A stretch of DNA of 64,000 nucleotides, taken from positions 2,184 through 66,183 of the forward strand of contig CANQLT010000001.1 in assembly GCA_947624775.1 (NCBI GenBank), read 5' to 3'. Under the pieces are notes generated by a model. The model did not search any database, was not told the origin of the DNA, and worked only from the letters and a program-made list of their open reading frames with translations. How positions within the stretch are numbered: the first letter of the stretch is position 1; every line of letters starts with the position of its first letter. Source of the stretch: an uncultured Monoglobus sp. (GTDB lineage: Bacteria > Bacillota > Clostridia > Monoglobales > Monoglobaceae). The translations under genes and the position numbers were made by a program. This document shows positions 7,737 to 17,525 of this stretch, one piece after another.

Positions 7737-10700
7737 TCACGAAAAATATTTTACTCCGCTTTCGAAGAGTTTTTGGTCTATGTTTCCTGTGATATTTTTG
7801 TATACGTGTCCGCCTATGCGCTCCGAGTGTCCCATCTTGCCCAGAACTCTTCCGTCGGGACTGGTGATTCCCTCGATCGCGTAATACGAGCCGTTGGGGT
7901 TGTATGGCATCTCGTAGGTCGGGTTGCCCGACAGGTCAACATACTGCGTGGCGATCTGTCCGTTCTTTTCCATTTCGGCTATCACCTCGGGGCTCGCCAC
8001 AAATCTTCCCTCGCCGTGGGAAACCGCGATTTGGTGGATGTCACCGAGATTTACGCCCGACATCCACGGCGATTTTACCGAGGATATTCTGGTCGAGACT
8101 ATCTGCGAAACATGCCTGCCGACCGTGTTGTATGTGAGTGTGGGGCAGGTGTCGTCGACTTTTCGTATCTCACCGTAGGGCACAAGGCCGAGCTTGACAA
8201 GCGCCTGGAACCCGTTGCATATTCCAAGTATCAGTCCGTCGCGCTTGTTTAAAAGCTCCATTACCGCCTCGCGCAGCTTCTCGTTCTCAAAGGCGGCCTT
8301 GATGAATTTGCCCGAGCCGTCGGGTTCGTCGCCGCCGCTGAATCCGCCGGGGATCATGATGATCTGCGCCTCGTTTACCGACTTGACAAATCTTTCTATT
8401 GATTCCTCAACATGAGACTGCTTCAGGTTCCTGAATATCCGAACGTCGGTCTCGGCTCCCGCCTGCTCGAAAACTCTCGCGGAGTCGTATTCGCAGTTGG
8501 TGCCGGGGAAAGCGGGGATAAACACCCTCGGCTTCGCGGTCTTTATCGCCGGTGCCTTTGTGTTTCTCTCGCCCCACTCAAACGCTTTCATTCCCACATC
8601 GTCATATTTCGCCTTGGTGGGATAAACGTTTTCGAGCGGTTTTTGCCATGCTTTGATTATTTCGTTTATATCTATTTCCTCGCCGCCGATGCGTATTATG
8701 CCGTCGTCGGTGGTCCTGCCGAGCTTGATCGTGTCAACATTGTCTCCCAAATATCCGGTCGCGTTGTTGCCCTCTATCTCAAGGACGATGCCACCGCTCA
8801 TCGCGCGGAACAGGTCCTCATTGCTTCCGCAGTGGGTGAACGCGAATCCCAGTTTGTTGCCCATCGCAGCCTTGAGGACCGCCTCCATAACACCGCCGCA
8901 GCCCACGGCATACGCGCTTCTGACAACGCTGTTTGGGTCAGATATCATCAGATTGAGCATACCGTAGAGCTGCTTTAAGCTCTCAAAATCGGGCAGGTTG
9001 TTCTCATCGTATTTGGGGCGTACCAGGAATACCATGTTGCCCGCGCCCTTGAACTCGCATGATACCGCCTTGCTCGCCTCAAGAGGCGCCACTGCGAACG
9101 AAACCAAAGTGGGCGGAACGTCTATATCATTAAACGAGCCTGACATCGAGTCCTTGCCGCCGATAGCCGCAAGGCCCAATTTCTCCTGCGCGTAGTAGCC
9201 GCCAAGCAATGCGGACAGCGGCTTGCCCCAGCGCTCCGGATCTGTGCCCAGTCTCTCAAAATATTCTTGGAACGTCAGATAAACGTCTTTATAATCGGCT
9301 CCGGCGCACACGGCGCGCGTCACCGACTCGACCACGGCGTACACAGCTCCCGCGAACGGATTGGCCTCAGAGACCTTCGGGTTATATCCGTACGCCATGA
9401 CTGTGGCCGTCTCGCTCTCCTTGCCGCCGTCCAGAACGGGTATTCTCGCCGCCATGCTCTGCTGAGGCGTCAGCTGATATTTTCCGCCATAGGGCATGAA
9501 TATCGAGGCGCCGCCTATTGTGCTGTCGAACCGCTCAACCAAGCCTTTCTGCGAGCAGACGTTAAGGTCGCCGACAAGCGACATGATCTTCTCTTTATAT
9601 GTGTCGCCTTTTGTTTTAAACTCGTATTTTTCGATGCCGAAATCGTCCGCCGCGACTGTGACGTCGGCGTTCTTTTCCGCGCCGTTGGTGTTTAGGAACT
9701 CCCTTGAAATGTCGCATATAACCTTGCCGCGCCATTTCATAACAAGGCGCGGACTCTCGGTCACGACTGCCACAACAACCGCGTCAAGGTTTTCCTTGTC
9801 GGCCTCGGCTATGAATTTTTCGGCGTCCCTCTCGCGTACGACTACCGCCATTCTTTCCTGAGACTCGGAAATGGCGAGCTCTGTGCCGTCCAGACCCTCG
9901 TATTTTTTCGGAACCTTGTCAAGGTTTATGTCAAGGCCGTCGGCCAGCTCTCCGATAGCGACCGAAACGCCGCCCGCGCCAAAATCGTTGCAGCGGCGGA
10001 TCATGGTCGTCACCTCGTTTTTGCGGAACAAGCGCTGCAGCTTTCTCTCAACGGGCGGATTGCCCTTTTGCACCTCGGCTCCGCAGGTCTCGAGCGACGA
10101 GCTGTCGTGAGCCTTGGAAGAGCCCGTGGCGCCGCCGCAGCCGTCGCGTCCGGTCATTCCGCCAAGCAGAATAACCACGTCGCCGGGCTCGGGCGTCTCG
10201 CGTATAACGTTCTTTTTGGGTGCCGCGGCGATGACCGCACCGATCTCCATGCGCTTTGCCACATAGCCCTCGTCGTATATCTCGTTTACCACGCCTGTGG
10301 CGAGGCCTATCTGATTTCCGTATGAGCTGTAGCCCTCAGCCGCGCCCAGAACCAGCTTGCGCTGCGACAGCTTGCCGGGCAGGGTCTCTTTAAGCGTCTT
10401 TCTCGGGTCACCCGCTCCGGTGACGCGCATCGCCTGATACACATACGAGCGTCCCGACAGCGGATCGCGTATAGCGCCGCCCAAACAGGTGGCCGCTCCG
10501 CCGAAGGGCTCGATCTCGGTGGGGTGGTTGTGGGTCTCGTTTTTGAACATTACGAGGTAATCCTCGGTCGTGCCGTCGGTCAGCTTGACCTCCACCTCGA
10601 TCGAGCAGGCGTTGATCTCCTCGCTCTCGTCAAGGGCGGTCAGCACTCCGCGCTTTTTGAGCTCCTTAACCGCTATTGTCGCCACGTCCATCAGACATAT

Positions 10701-11504
10701 ATTCTTTTTGTCAAGCCTTTCGCCGTACACGAATTTTCTGGACTCCAGATAGTCGCCGTACACGCTCTTTATAAACTCGTTCTTGATCTTAACGTTATTG
10801 AGCTTGGTCGCAAACGTGGTGTGGCGGCAGTGGTCCGACCAATATGTGTCGATCATTCTGATCTCGGTCAGTGACGGATCGCGCTTTTCGCCGTCGCGAA
10901 AGTATGCGCGGCAGAATTTTATATCGTCCTCGTCCATAGCGAGACCAAGCTCGCTTATCATGCCCGTAAGCTCGTCGTCCGACATTGAAATAAACCCGTC
11001 TATTATCTTAACGTCGGCGGGCTCCTCGAGCTTGTCGTTCAGCGTCTCAGGCTTTTCCATCGACGCGGGGCGCGACTCAACGGGATTTATGTAATAGTCC
11101 CTCGCCGCGATCAGCTCATCGTCGCTGATGTTTCCGCTCATGATAACGATTCTCGCCGTCCTGACAACCGGCCTCTCGCCGCCCGTCATGATCTGCGCGC
11201 ACTGCGCCGCACTGTCGGCCCTCTGGTCAAACTGGCCGGGCAGGTACTCGGACGCGAAAAATTTGCATCCCTCGGGAATATCTATTTTTTCAAAATACAC
11301 ATTGTCGACCTGGGGCTCGGCAAAAACCACGGGCAGCACAGTCTCAAGCTCGCCGTCGGTAAGACCGTCTATATCGTAGCGGTTAAGCACGCGGACCGAC
11401 TCAAGACCTGTGAGGCCCAGATTGTTCACAAAATCGTCCTTTAAGGCACCCGCCTCGATGTCAAATCCCTTTTTCTTTTCAACAAATAATCTTTTTATGC
11501 TCAT
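7737..11504 (-). CDS. purL: Phosphoribosylformylglycinamidine synthase, single-chain large form
   Basis: 1255 aa. Has FGAM synthase AIRS-like repeats and a C-terminal glutamine amidotransferase (GICNGFQ...HGEGRF). AAGGAGAG RBS. Confidence 0.95.
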   Translation of the reverse strand: MSIKRLFVEKKKGFDIEAGALKDDFVNNLGLTGLESVRVLNRYDIDGLTDGELETVLPVVFAEPQVDNVYFEKIDIPEGCKFFASEYLPGQFDQRADSAAQCAQIMTGGERPVVRTARIVIMSGNISDDELIAARDYYINPVESRPASMEKPETLNDKLEEPADVKIIDGFISMSDDELTGMISELGLAMDEDDIKFCRAYFRDGEKRDPSLTEIRMIDTYWSDHCRHTTFATKLNNVKIKNEFIKSVYGDYLESRKFVYGERLDKKNICLMDVATIAVKELKKRGVLTALDESEEINACSIEVEVKLTDGTTEDYLVMFKNETHNHPTEIEPFGGAATCLGGAIRDPLSGRSYVYQAMRVTGAGDPRKTLKETLPGKLSQRKLVLGAAEGYSSYGNQIGLATGVVNEIYDEGYVAKRMEIGAVIAAAPKKNVIRETPEPGDVVILLGGMTGRDGCGGATGSSKAHDSSSLETCGAEVQKGNPPVERKLQRLFRKNEVTTMIRRCNDFGAGGVSVAIGELADGLDINLDKVPKKYEGLDGTELAISESQERMAVVVRERDAEKFIAEADKENLDAVVVAVVTESPRLVMKWRGKVICDISREFLNTNGAEKNADVTVAADDFGIEKYEFKTKGDTYKEKIMSLVGDLNVCSQKGLVERFDSTIGGASIFMPYGGKYQLTPQQSMAARIPVLDGGKESETATVMAYGYNPKVSEANPFAGAVYAVVESVTRAVCAGADYKDVYLTFQEYFERLGTDPERWGKPLSALLGGYYAQEKLGLAAIGGKDSMSGSFNDIDVPPTLVSFAVAPLEASKAVSCEFKGAGNMVFLVRPKYDENNLPDFESLKQLYGMLNLMISDPNSVVRSAYAVGCGGVMEAVLKAAMGNKLGFAFTHCGSNEDLFRAMSGGIVLEIEGNNATGYLGDNVDTIKLGRTTDDGIIRIGGEEIDINEIIKAWQKPLENVYPTKAKYDDVGMKAFEWGERNTKAPAIKTAKPRVFIPAFPGTNCEYDSARVFEQAGAETDVRIFRNLKQSHVEESIERFVKSVNEAQIIMIPGGFSGGDEPDGSGKFIKAAFENEKLREAVMELLNKRDGLILGICNGFQALVKLGLVPYGEIRKVDDTCPTLTYNTVGRHVSQIVSTRISSVKSPWMSGVNLGDIHQIAVSHGEGRFVASPEVIAEMEKNGQIATQYVDLSGNPTYEMPYNPNGSYYAIEGITSPDGRVLGKMGHSERIGGHVYKNITGNIDQKLFESGVKYFS

Positions 11505-11586
11505 AACTGCTCTCCTTATGTGATAGAATTATGTTAATCTCAAGCCTGAATTCAATATGCCTCTAAAGGCATAATAAAACATTATT

Positions 11587-11615
11587 ATTATAATTAATAA
11601 AGAGCCTGTTGTCAA
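11587..11615 (-). promoter_or_regulatory. Sigma-A type promoter of purL
   Basis: On the minus strand, TTGACA (rc of 11610-11615), a 17-nt spacer, then TATAAT (rc of 11587-11592). About 80 nt upstream of the purL ATG. Confidence 0.6.
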
Positions 11616-11626
11616 CTGTTTATTAA

Positions 11627-11652
11627 GCAAAAAGAGCGGTTAAAAACCGCTC
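11627..11652 (-). terminator. Rho-independent terminator after the amidohydrolase gene
   Basis: Minus strand GAGCGGT-TTTTA-ACCGCTC followed by TTTTTGC. Confidence 0.55.
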
Positions 11653-11690
11653 CGACCGCGCTTTTTGACGCGCGGAAATATTCATTTGTT

Positions 11691-12479
11691 TTATAAATCA
11701 AGCAGCCTTTCGGCGTTCCCGTGAAGTATCATTTCTTTAACGGACGCATCGAGATCAAGCGCGTCAATATGCTTTAGCTCATCGACGGCGTTCCACATGG
11801 GATAGTCGGTGCCGAACATAACGTGATCCTCGCCGTAAAGTTTGATAAGCTCGCGCACGCGCTCGGGCGGCACCTCGTACATGGTGCTTGAGGTGTCAAC
11901 GTATATTTTGTTTTTGCAGCGGCTGAAAACCTCGGCCGCGTCGTCCCATTCCGACCAGCCTCCGAAATGCGCTCCGATGACCGTCAGGTTCGGAAAATCC
12001 TCCATGACCTTCGCCATCCTCGCGGGCTTGCTCCACTGGTAACGGAAATCTCCCGTGTGGACAAGAATAGGTATCCTGCCCTCGATAGCCTCGTATATGT
12101 CATACGCTTTTTTGTCGTCTATATGAAAGCGCTGAAAATCGGGGTGGATCTTGAGCCCCTTGAGCCCCATTTTAACGCAGCGATCTACCTCGCCTTCGAT
12201 GTCCTCAAAATCGGGGTGCATGGTCATGAAACCGATTATCCTGTCGGGATATTTTTGGGCGCATTCATGAATAAAATCATTTATCGAAGTCACCTGATGG
12301 GGCGTTGTCGCGGGGGAGTGGATTATCGCCTTGTCCACTCCGGCCTCGTCCTCCATTTTAAGCAGCCTGTCTAAAGTTCCGTTGTTCACAACGTCAAGAT
12401 CATAAAACACCTGTATCCCGTGAGACGCCTTTTCGGCTATCTTGTCGGGGAACACATGAGCGTGAGCGTCAATTATCAT
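11691..12479 (-). CDS. Amidohydrolase-family metal-dependent hydrolase (Amidohydro_2-like TIM barrel)
   Basis: MIIDAHAHVFPDKI..., HTGD, AHFGGW and FGTDYPMW motifs. 262 aa. Confidence 0.7.
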   Translation of the reverse strand: MIIDAHAHVFPDKIAEKASHGIQVFYDLDVVNNGTLDRLLKMEDEAGVDKAIIHSPATTPHQVTSINDFIHECAQKYPDRIIGFMTMHPDFEDIEGEVDRCVKMGLKGLKIHPDFQRFHIDDKKAYDIYEAIEGRIPILVHTGDFRYQWSKPARMAKVMEDFPNLTVIGAHFGGWSEWDDAAEVFSRCKNKIYVDTSSTMYEVPPERVRELIKLYGEDHVMFGTDYPMWNAVDELKHIDALDLDASVKEMILHGNAERLLDL

Positions 12480-12581
12480 ATTTATGTCTCCTGTCTGTCA
12501 GCATTTTTGTAAAAATATTCAACTGAATTATTATATCAATTAAATTATGTTTAGTCAATAAATATAACCTAAAAATTAGAC

Positions 12582-12610
12582 TTGACACCGAGCCCGAATT
12601 TGTGTATAAT
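12582..12610 (+). promoter_or_regulatory. Consensus sigma-A promoter of tRNA-Arg
   Basis: TTGACA (12582-12587), exactly 17 nt, then TATAAT (12605-12610). The tRNA starts 21 nt downstream. Confidence 0.65.
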
Positions 12611-12630
12611 TATTAAGCTTGATTAAACAC

Positions 12631-12705
12631 GCCCTCTTAGTTAAGTGGATATAACACGCCCCTCCTAAGGGTGGATCACGCGTTCGACTCGCGTAGAGGG
12701 TGCCA
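12631..12705 (+). tRNA. tRNA-Arg (anticodon CCT)
   Basis: A 75-nt cloverleaf folded by hand. Acceptor gccctct/agagggt (G1-U72 wobble), D-stem gtta/taac, anticodon stem cgccc/gggtg, loop CT-CCT-AA, T-arm acgcg-TTCGACT-cgcgt, encoded GCCA 3' end. Confidence 0.9.
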
Positions 12706-12711
12706 CTAAAC

Positions 12712-12751
12712 GCCGCGAAAACGTCACTTTTTGACTTTCGCGGCATTTTTT
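12712..12751 (+). terminator. Rho-independent terminator after the tRNA
   Basis: gccgcgaaa / tttcgcggc 9-bp stem followed by ATTTTTTATTTT. It overlaps the stop of the convergent gene. Confidence 0.55.
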
Positions 12752-13448
12752 ATTTTATCTCTAAATTTTGCGCGATTTTTATAAGCTCTTCCTTGTCGAT
12801 ACTGCTCTGAATTGTGCATATTGTTCCGTTATTATATACCACTAAAGACCTGTAACTTTCTTTTTCGATATAATAGCAGTCGTATGAGTTTATGGTCATA
12901 TACTCGACCTCGGCATTTTCGGTATCAATATAGCCGCTTGCGCTATCGGAGTCAACAAAAATATTGATACTCTGCCGATCGTCACTGAATTCCACATACG
13001 ATGCTCCGCGTTTCACCATGTGGAATCCGCGCGGTATATATCCGAGCGATATTTTGTCGTCGCTGTATGTTTCGGGATCATAGCTGTCGCTTATGCCGAA
13101 TTTGCTGTTTGTTTCCTCGGTATTATGGATAAAATTCAATATCCTGTTTCTGACCGCGCCGACACTCATGGCTGTTATTCCGAGAATCAAAATCAATACG
13201 GCGGCGCATATCGCTATACGTTTGGCGTTATTGCGAAATATCGGCTTTCTTTCGCGTTTCTTTGCCTGCCTGAAAATCTGCTCTATCTTATTCTTATGCT
13301 CTTGCGAAAGCTCAACCGGCTCGTCGTCGGGCAAATCCGGATTCGGCGTTCGGGCCATTTTAATGAGCGCGTCATCAAGCACATTGTCAAACACTTTTTC
13401 AAATAATTCTTTGTTATCATGTTGATTGTTGTTACTCATTTTTATCAC
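12750..13448 (-). CDS. Anti-sigma-factor-like membrane protein with DUF4367-like C-terminal domain
   Basis: One TM (ICAAVLILILGITAMSVGA) and a C-terminal GYIPRGFHMV...INSYDCYY...ELIKIAQNLE pattern. It overlaps the sigma gene stop. Confidence 0.6.
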   Translation of the reverse strand: MIKMSNNNQHDNKELFEKVFDNVLDDALIKMARTPNPDLPDDEPVELSQEHKNKIEQIFRQAKKRERKPIFRNNAKRIAICAAVLILILGITAMSVGAVRNRILNFIHNTEETNSKFGISDSYDPETYSDDKISLGYIPRGFHMVKRGASYVEFSDDRQSINIFVDSDSASGYIDTENAEVEYMTINSYDCYYIEKESYRSLVVYNNGTICTIQSSIDKEELIKIAQNLEIK

Positions 13449-13977
13449 CCTTTTTGAGCTTTGCTTTCAATTTTTCCGTTCCGCGTTTTATACGATGATT
13501 TATCGTGCGCTCGGGCACTCCCAATATATCCGAAATCTCTTTTATGCTGTATTTATAGACCCTGCTTAAAATCAACGGATCGCTGTATTTTTCGCCCAAG
13601 CTTTTTAATTCGGCGATTATCATATCCACACTTTCATTTGTTATAACATATTCATCGGGATTGGATGATACCGAAGCATCGGGGACTTCCTCGCTGTCCG
13701 CGTAGCTCTCATAAATTAATTTGTTATGTTTATTATATACATTAATCGCTGTATTCCTCGCAATTGCGGCGATATAATTTCTTTCCTCAACGCTGCTGAA
13801 TAATTTAACTTTATCACAATATTTCACGATTTTACATGCGGTTTCCTGCGTCGCGTCTTCGGCAAGATGCTTATCGCGTAAAATATCCAGAGAAATCTTA
13901 AATATCATATTTTCATATTTATAATATAATTTCTCAGCGAATATTCTGTTTTCATGCGGCGTATTTCTTTTAAACAT
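13432..13977 (-). CDS. RNA polymerase sigma-70/ECF-family sigma factor
   Basis: Region 2 (DATQETACKIVKY...YIAAIARNTAINVY) and region 4 HTH (YSIKEISDILGVPERTINHRIKRG). Start moved to ATG 13977 (AAGAGGA RBS). Confidence 0.8.
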   Translation of the reverse strand: MFKRNTPHENRIFAEKLYYKYENMIFKISLDILRDKHLAEDATQETACKIVKYCDKVKLFSSVEERNYIAAIARNTAINVYNKHNKLIYESYADSEEVPDASVSSNPDEYVITNESVDMIIAELKSLGEKYSDPLILSRVYKYSIKEISDILGVPERTINHRIKRGTEKLKAKLKKGDKNE

Positions 13978-14138
13978 AACTAATTGTCCTCTTATCCCGA
14001 TACATACTGACATTATACAATATAATTTAACAGTTTTCAAGATAATTTATAAACCGATTCATGTAAGGAATATAGGCACATTTACCTCTTAAATAAGTAA
14101 ACGAAAAATACAACGAACTGCCGCGCAAACGCGCGCAA

Positions 14139-14173
14139 GAAAAAAGGACGGTCGATTTCCGAGCCGGCCGCCC
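14139..14173 (-). terminator. Rho-independent terminator after the flavodoxin gene
   Basis: Minus strand GGGCGGCCGGCTCGGAAATCGACCGTCC hairpin followed by TTTTTTC. Confidence 0.45.
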
Positions 14174-14199
14174 TTTTCAAGCATCATCTTAGCTCCCGC

Positions 14200-14670
14200 T
14201 TATTTTGCTGCTTCTTTGTATTTTTGCATAACGCTTTCCATAAATATCCGCGCTTTATTATAATCATCTTCATTGGGGCGGCCTTTATTTATGCCGCCGA
14301 CCAGCTTGAACGGCCCGAATTTATCAAACGCCTTGCAGCCAAAAGAGCCCAGGACAATTTTATTTTTGCTTTTCAGCAAATCAATCAGGGGCTTGTTGTT
14401 TTTATCAAAATTTCCCGTGCCGCTTGTGGAAAATACAAACATATACGGCGCTGACTTGTCAGACAAATTTTCAGCAAATTCAATAATTTTGGCATCATGC
14501 TTTCCGAAATAAATACCGCTGCCAAGGCCCACAATGTCATAATCACGCAGATCAGGCTCCGACGCGCTGTCAATTTCCGCGATCGTAACAGGCGCGTTTT
14601 TTGCCATTGCCTCCGCGATTTTTCTCGTGTTCCCCACATGAGTGGAACTGATGATAAATAATATTTTCAT
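14200..14670 (-). CDS. Flavodoxin-family protein
   Basis: MKILFIISSTHVGNTRKIAEAM... flavodoxin-like fold N-terminus. Start at ATG 14670 with AAGGAAG RBS. Confidence 0.7.
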   Translation of the reverse strand: MKILFIISSTHVGNTRKIAEAMAKNAPVTIAEIDSASEPDLRDYDIVGLGSGIYFGKHDAKIIEFAENLSDKSAPYMFVFSTSGTGNFDKNNKPLIDLLKSKNKIVLGSFGCKAFDKFGPFKLVGGINKGRPNEDDYNKARIFMESVMQKYKEAAK

Positions 14671-14773
14671 GTCCGCACTTCCTTGTTTCAAAACTTTTTC
14701 ATTATTTTCACATATGCCAATAAAAGCATTATAAGCGATCTCTCAAAAATGTGCTTATATCATTTGTCGTCAC

Positions 14774-15583
14774 TTATTTTCTTACGTCTTTATACCAGAA
14801 ATTCTTGTCAACATTTCCGATTATACCGTTTATTTTGCCTTCGCTTGTGTATTGCCACATATCGTAGTTGCCTTTGTATGTGCAAGTCTTTGCATACTGC
14901 GCCACCCATTTGCTGATATTGGGATTGTTAAAGAAAGCGTCGGTGAGCTTCGTGTTCCACCAGGTTGTATTCGCGTAAACACCCACTTCGTATCCCGCGG
15001 CGGTTATAGTGTTACAGAAAGTCCTCGCGATAGCCGCCAAATGTTTATTAGTCAGCTTTCCCTGCGTTTTTTCGTCCTCCATATCATAGTAGATAGGGAA
15101 CCGGAACTTTCGCCCTTTAACAAGGCGCAAAACGTGGCGAGCCTCGCTTCTTGCGGCGATAGTTGTCTTTGCGTACGAATACAGGTATACGCCGAACGGT
15201 ATTTGATTTTGAGTACAGCCGTTTACATTGTTGATCCACTGCTGGTCGTCCTGCCTTGTAAAATTCTGTCCGAAACCACACCTAATGATCGCGAAATCAA
15301 CCTGACTTTTCACTAAACCCCAATTTATTTTGCCGTCATGCACACTTACGTCTATACCGTTCATTTTTGGCGTCTTTGGCGCTGTGTTCAGTACTTCCGA
15401 ACCTTCTGTCATGGGATCCGTTTCGTTGTCGGTAAGTTTTAGCCCCTCCGTAAATCTCCAGCTGTTTTCGACAAAGTTCATTTCCGGAGTTTTTTTGGCG
15501 TTAATGTTTTTGGAACGCGCAATCATAAAAAGCAGCACCGCCAAGATCAGGACTAAAGCCAAAATTAAAATATACTTTAACAT
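14774..15583 (-). CDS. GH25 family lysozyme (muramidase) with N-terminal membrane anchor
   Basis: GIDVSVHDGKINWGLVKSQVDFAIIRCGFG, YLYSYA and YDMEDE motifs are typical of GH25. N-terminal TM. GGAGG RBS. Confidence 0.85.
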   Translation of the reverse strand: MLKYILILALVLILAVLLFMIARSKNINAKKTPEMNFVENSWRFTEGLKLTDNETDPMTEGSEVLNTAPKTPKMNGIDVSVHDGKINWGLVKSQVDFAIIRCGFGQNFTRQDDQQWINNVNGCTQNQIPFGVYLYSYAKTTIAARSEARHVLRLVKGRKFRFPIYYDMEDEKTQGKLTNKHLAAIARTFCNTITAAGYEVGVYANTTWWNTKLTDAFFNNPNISKWVAQYAKTCTYKGNYDMWQYTSEGKINGIIGNVDKNFWYKDVRK

Positions 15584-15731
15584 GTAAATGACCTCCTAAC
15601 ACATCTTAAAATCATTACCTATAGAGTGACATAATTATACCATTGACTCCGCTTGTTGTCAATCTTAAATCTCAAAAAACATCTGTCACAGAGCGTGTTT
15701 TTCTTATATCCAAGTTATATTATATATGCCG

Positions 15732-16391
15732 TTATGTCCAGAGCGACGTAATAAACATTGGGCTTGAATCGTCCGCCTTTTCAAAGCCGCAGGCCTCGTA
15801 AAAGCCCGCCGCTTTCAGCACGGCTGTTTCGTGTTCCACGGTAAGCGGCGTGTCATAATGATAAAATGCGTCTTTAGCGATACCTTGTTCTTCTTTTAAT
15901 GTGCGAAGCCGCTTGAAATATTCCTGCTCCATCGCTTCGCTTTCCGCAAAATAATCTGTAAGAATAAAATATCCCTCGGGCTTCAAAGCAGCGTGAAGTT
16001 TTTGATAAAGAGTACGTTTCGCTTCAGCGGTAAAGTGGTGGAGCGATTCCACCGAAACGGCAGCGTCAAAGCAGTTCACATCAAAAGGAATATCAAAATA
16101 AGAGCCGCAAATCAGTTTTATTTTGCGATCCGAAAATTTCCGCTTTAATGCCGCCAGCATATCCGGCGACAAATCGATTCCCACCACCGACGCTTTCCCG
16201 TTCAAAGCGAAGTAATATTCAAGTTCAAGCCCTGTGCCGCAGCCCAAATCAAGCACATTGGCCCCATGTTTCATCGGCAGCTGCGCCGCCGTATAGGGAT
16301 AAAATTCCTTTGCGCCTTCAATCTCGCTTAGCATATGTTCATCGTAGCCCTCGAGACGGTTTTTAAAAAACTCATTCATTGTTTCCAGCAT
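15732..16391 (-). CDS. Class I SAM-dependent methyltransferase
   Basis: VLDLGCGTGLE motif I and a Rossmann-fold pattern. 219 aa. Confidence 0.85.
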   Translation of the reverse strand: MLETMNEFFKNRLEGYDEHMLSEIEGAKEFYPYTAAQLPMKHGANVLDLGCGTGLELEYYFALNGKASVVGIDLSPDMLAALKRKFSDRKIKLICGSYFDIPFDVNCFDAAVSVESLHHFTAEAKRTLYQKLHAALKPEGYFILTDYFAESEAMEQEYFKRLRTLKEEQGIAKDAFYHYDTPLTVEHETAVLKAAGFYEACGFEKADDSSPMFITSLWT

Positions 16392-16441
16392 AAATTTTGC
16401 TCCTTTGATAGGGAATCATTTCAGTAAACCCAAACGGATAT

Positions 16442-17224
16442 TTATGGTTTTCTTGCAAGCTGTAAATCAATAGTATCATATATTGTAATGGAACCGCCGT
16501 AATTGTTTATTGCCTCATCAATTTTTGAGAAAAACTTCTTTCTTATATTTTCTTCAATTGCAATATGGTCGGAATATGTTCCGAGCAACGCACAATATTC
16601 ATCTGCGGAAAAAGTACGTGTTCTGTGAAACAAGGCATATTTTATATCTGTAAAACCGTATTTTTCCGCGATTTTTGCCGTTTGCGCCGCCCGCTCCTCG
16701 GTATACTCTATCGGCGGTTTTTTGTTATGATAATATTCGCCGTAAATACTTTGAATTTTTTCAAAAAGAGGCAAATTGTCTTTAGCCGGATAAGGATGAT
16801 TTGCAAATCTCGCAAACGCTCCGCCGCTTTTCAGCATCGAAAACACTTTTTCATATCCGACACTCTCGGCAACCCAATGAAACGCCGACGCGGAATATAC
16901 CAAATCATATGTATCGTCCGAAAAAATCGCATCTTCAAATTTATTTGTCAAGACAGAAAATTTCGGATATTCTTTAAACTTTTTCTTACACAATTCAGAA
17001 AACTCTTTGCCATATTCAACTGCGGTCACATTGCATCCGGTCTTTAAAATCGGCAGCGTTGCCTGACCGCTGCCAATTCCCACTTCGACAGCATAACGGG
17101 ACTCATTTAGAGTGATATAATTAAATATCATTTCATAGAGTTCATCAGGGTACGAAGGGCGAAACTTATCATAAGCAGAAGCTACTGTATCAAATGCACA
17201 CCCCAAACCTTTTATTTCCGACAT
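16442..17224 (-). CDS. Class I SAM-dependent methyltransferase
   Basis: AVEVGIGSGQAT motif I, VYSASAFHW. 260 aa. Confidence 0.85.
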   Translation of the reverse strand: MSEIKGLGCAFDTVASAYDKFRPSYPDELYEMIFNYITLNESRYAVEVGIGSGQATLPILKTGCNVTAVEYGKEFSELCKKKFKEYPKFSVLTNKFEDAIFSDDTYDLVYSASAFHWVAESVGYEKVFSMLKSGGAFARFANHPYPAKDNLPLFEKIQSIYGEYYHNKKPPIEYTEERAAQTAKIAEKYGFTDIKYALFHRTRTFSADEYCALLGTYSDHIAIEENIRKKFFSKIDEAINNYGGSITIYDTIDLQLARKP

Positions 17225-17376
17225 GATATTGCTCCTATAAATTCCGATTTGTAACTTCGCTTTATTTAAAAATGATTATATCACAATCCGCCGGCTTTTT
17301 CAATCCCTCGCGGAGACCTCACGAAGCCGGAAAATTTTATGATAATTTATACAGCATATTAGTACCACGGACAAGC

Positions 17377-17422
17377 AAAAAATCCCTGAAAAGCACGTTT
17401 TCACGCACACTTCGGGGATTTT
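17377..17422 (-). terminator. Candidate terminator of the long minus-strand array
   Basis: Minus strand AAAATCCCC ... GGGATTTT stem with a nested tgaaaa/ttttca hairpin, followed by TTTTGC. About 100 nt after the stop at 17526. Confidence 0.4.
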
Positions 17423-17525
17423 GGGATCTATTCCGTCTCTGCCACTCATCTGTTTTAACATTTTCGACTTGAATACAAATGTTTTCAGAAGCCCTTGACA
17501 AATCAGAAACTTAATTTTAATTTTC

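Noticed and set aside
237-11379. Many 60-200 aa alternative-frame and antisense ORFs across the purine operon (for example 398-766, 3328-3756, 3811-4422, 4531-5205, 6852-7271, 7704-8252, 8412-8978)
   Set aside because: This stretch is GC-rich, so stop codons are scarce in all frames. Each of these ORFs overlaps a strongly recognisable pur or salvage gene and has no motif or RBS of its own.
11505-11586. Possible purine riboswitch or leader upstream of purL
   Set aside because: The leader downstream of the predicted promoter is only ~80 nt. It shows one small hairpin (atgcct...aggcat). I could not find the conserved purine-aptamer junction sequences or three-way junction. A covariance-model scan (Rfam RF00167) would settle it.
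12631-12705. tRNA-Arg as attB of an island delimited by a direct repeat
   Set aside because: The compositional break is real by eye. However, I could not locate a second copy of the tRNA 3' end anywhere in the window, and the integrase is 30 kb away and oriented outward. It is kept only as a hypothesis in the findings.
17225-17525. Small ORFs 17272-17472 (+) and 17300-17548 (-) in the 300-nt gap after the cluster
   Set aside because: They have no RBS, overlap each other on opposite strands and cover the candidate terminator hairpin. This is most likely non-coding DNA.
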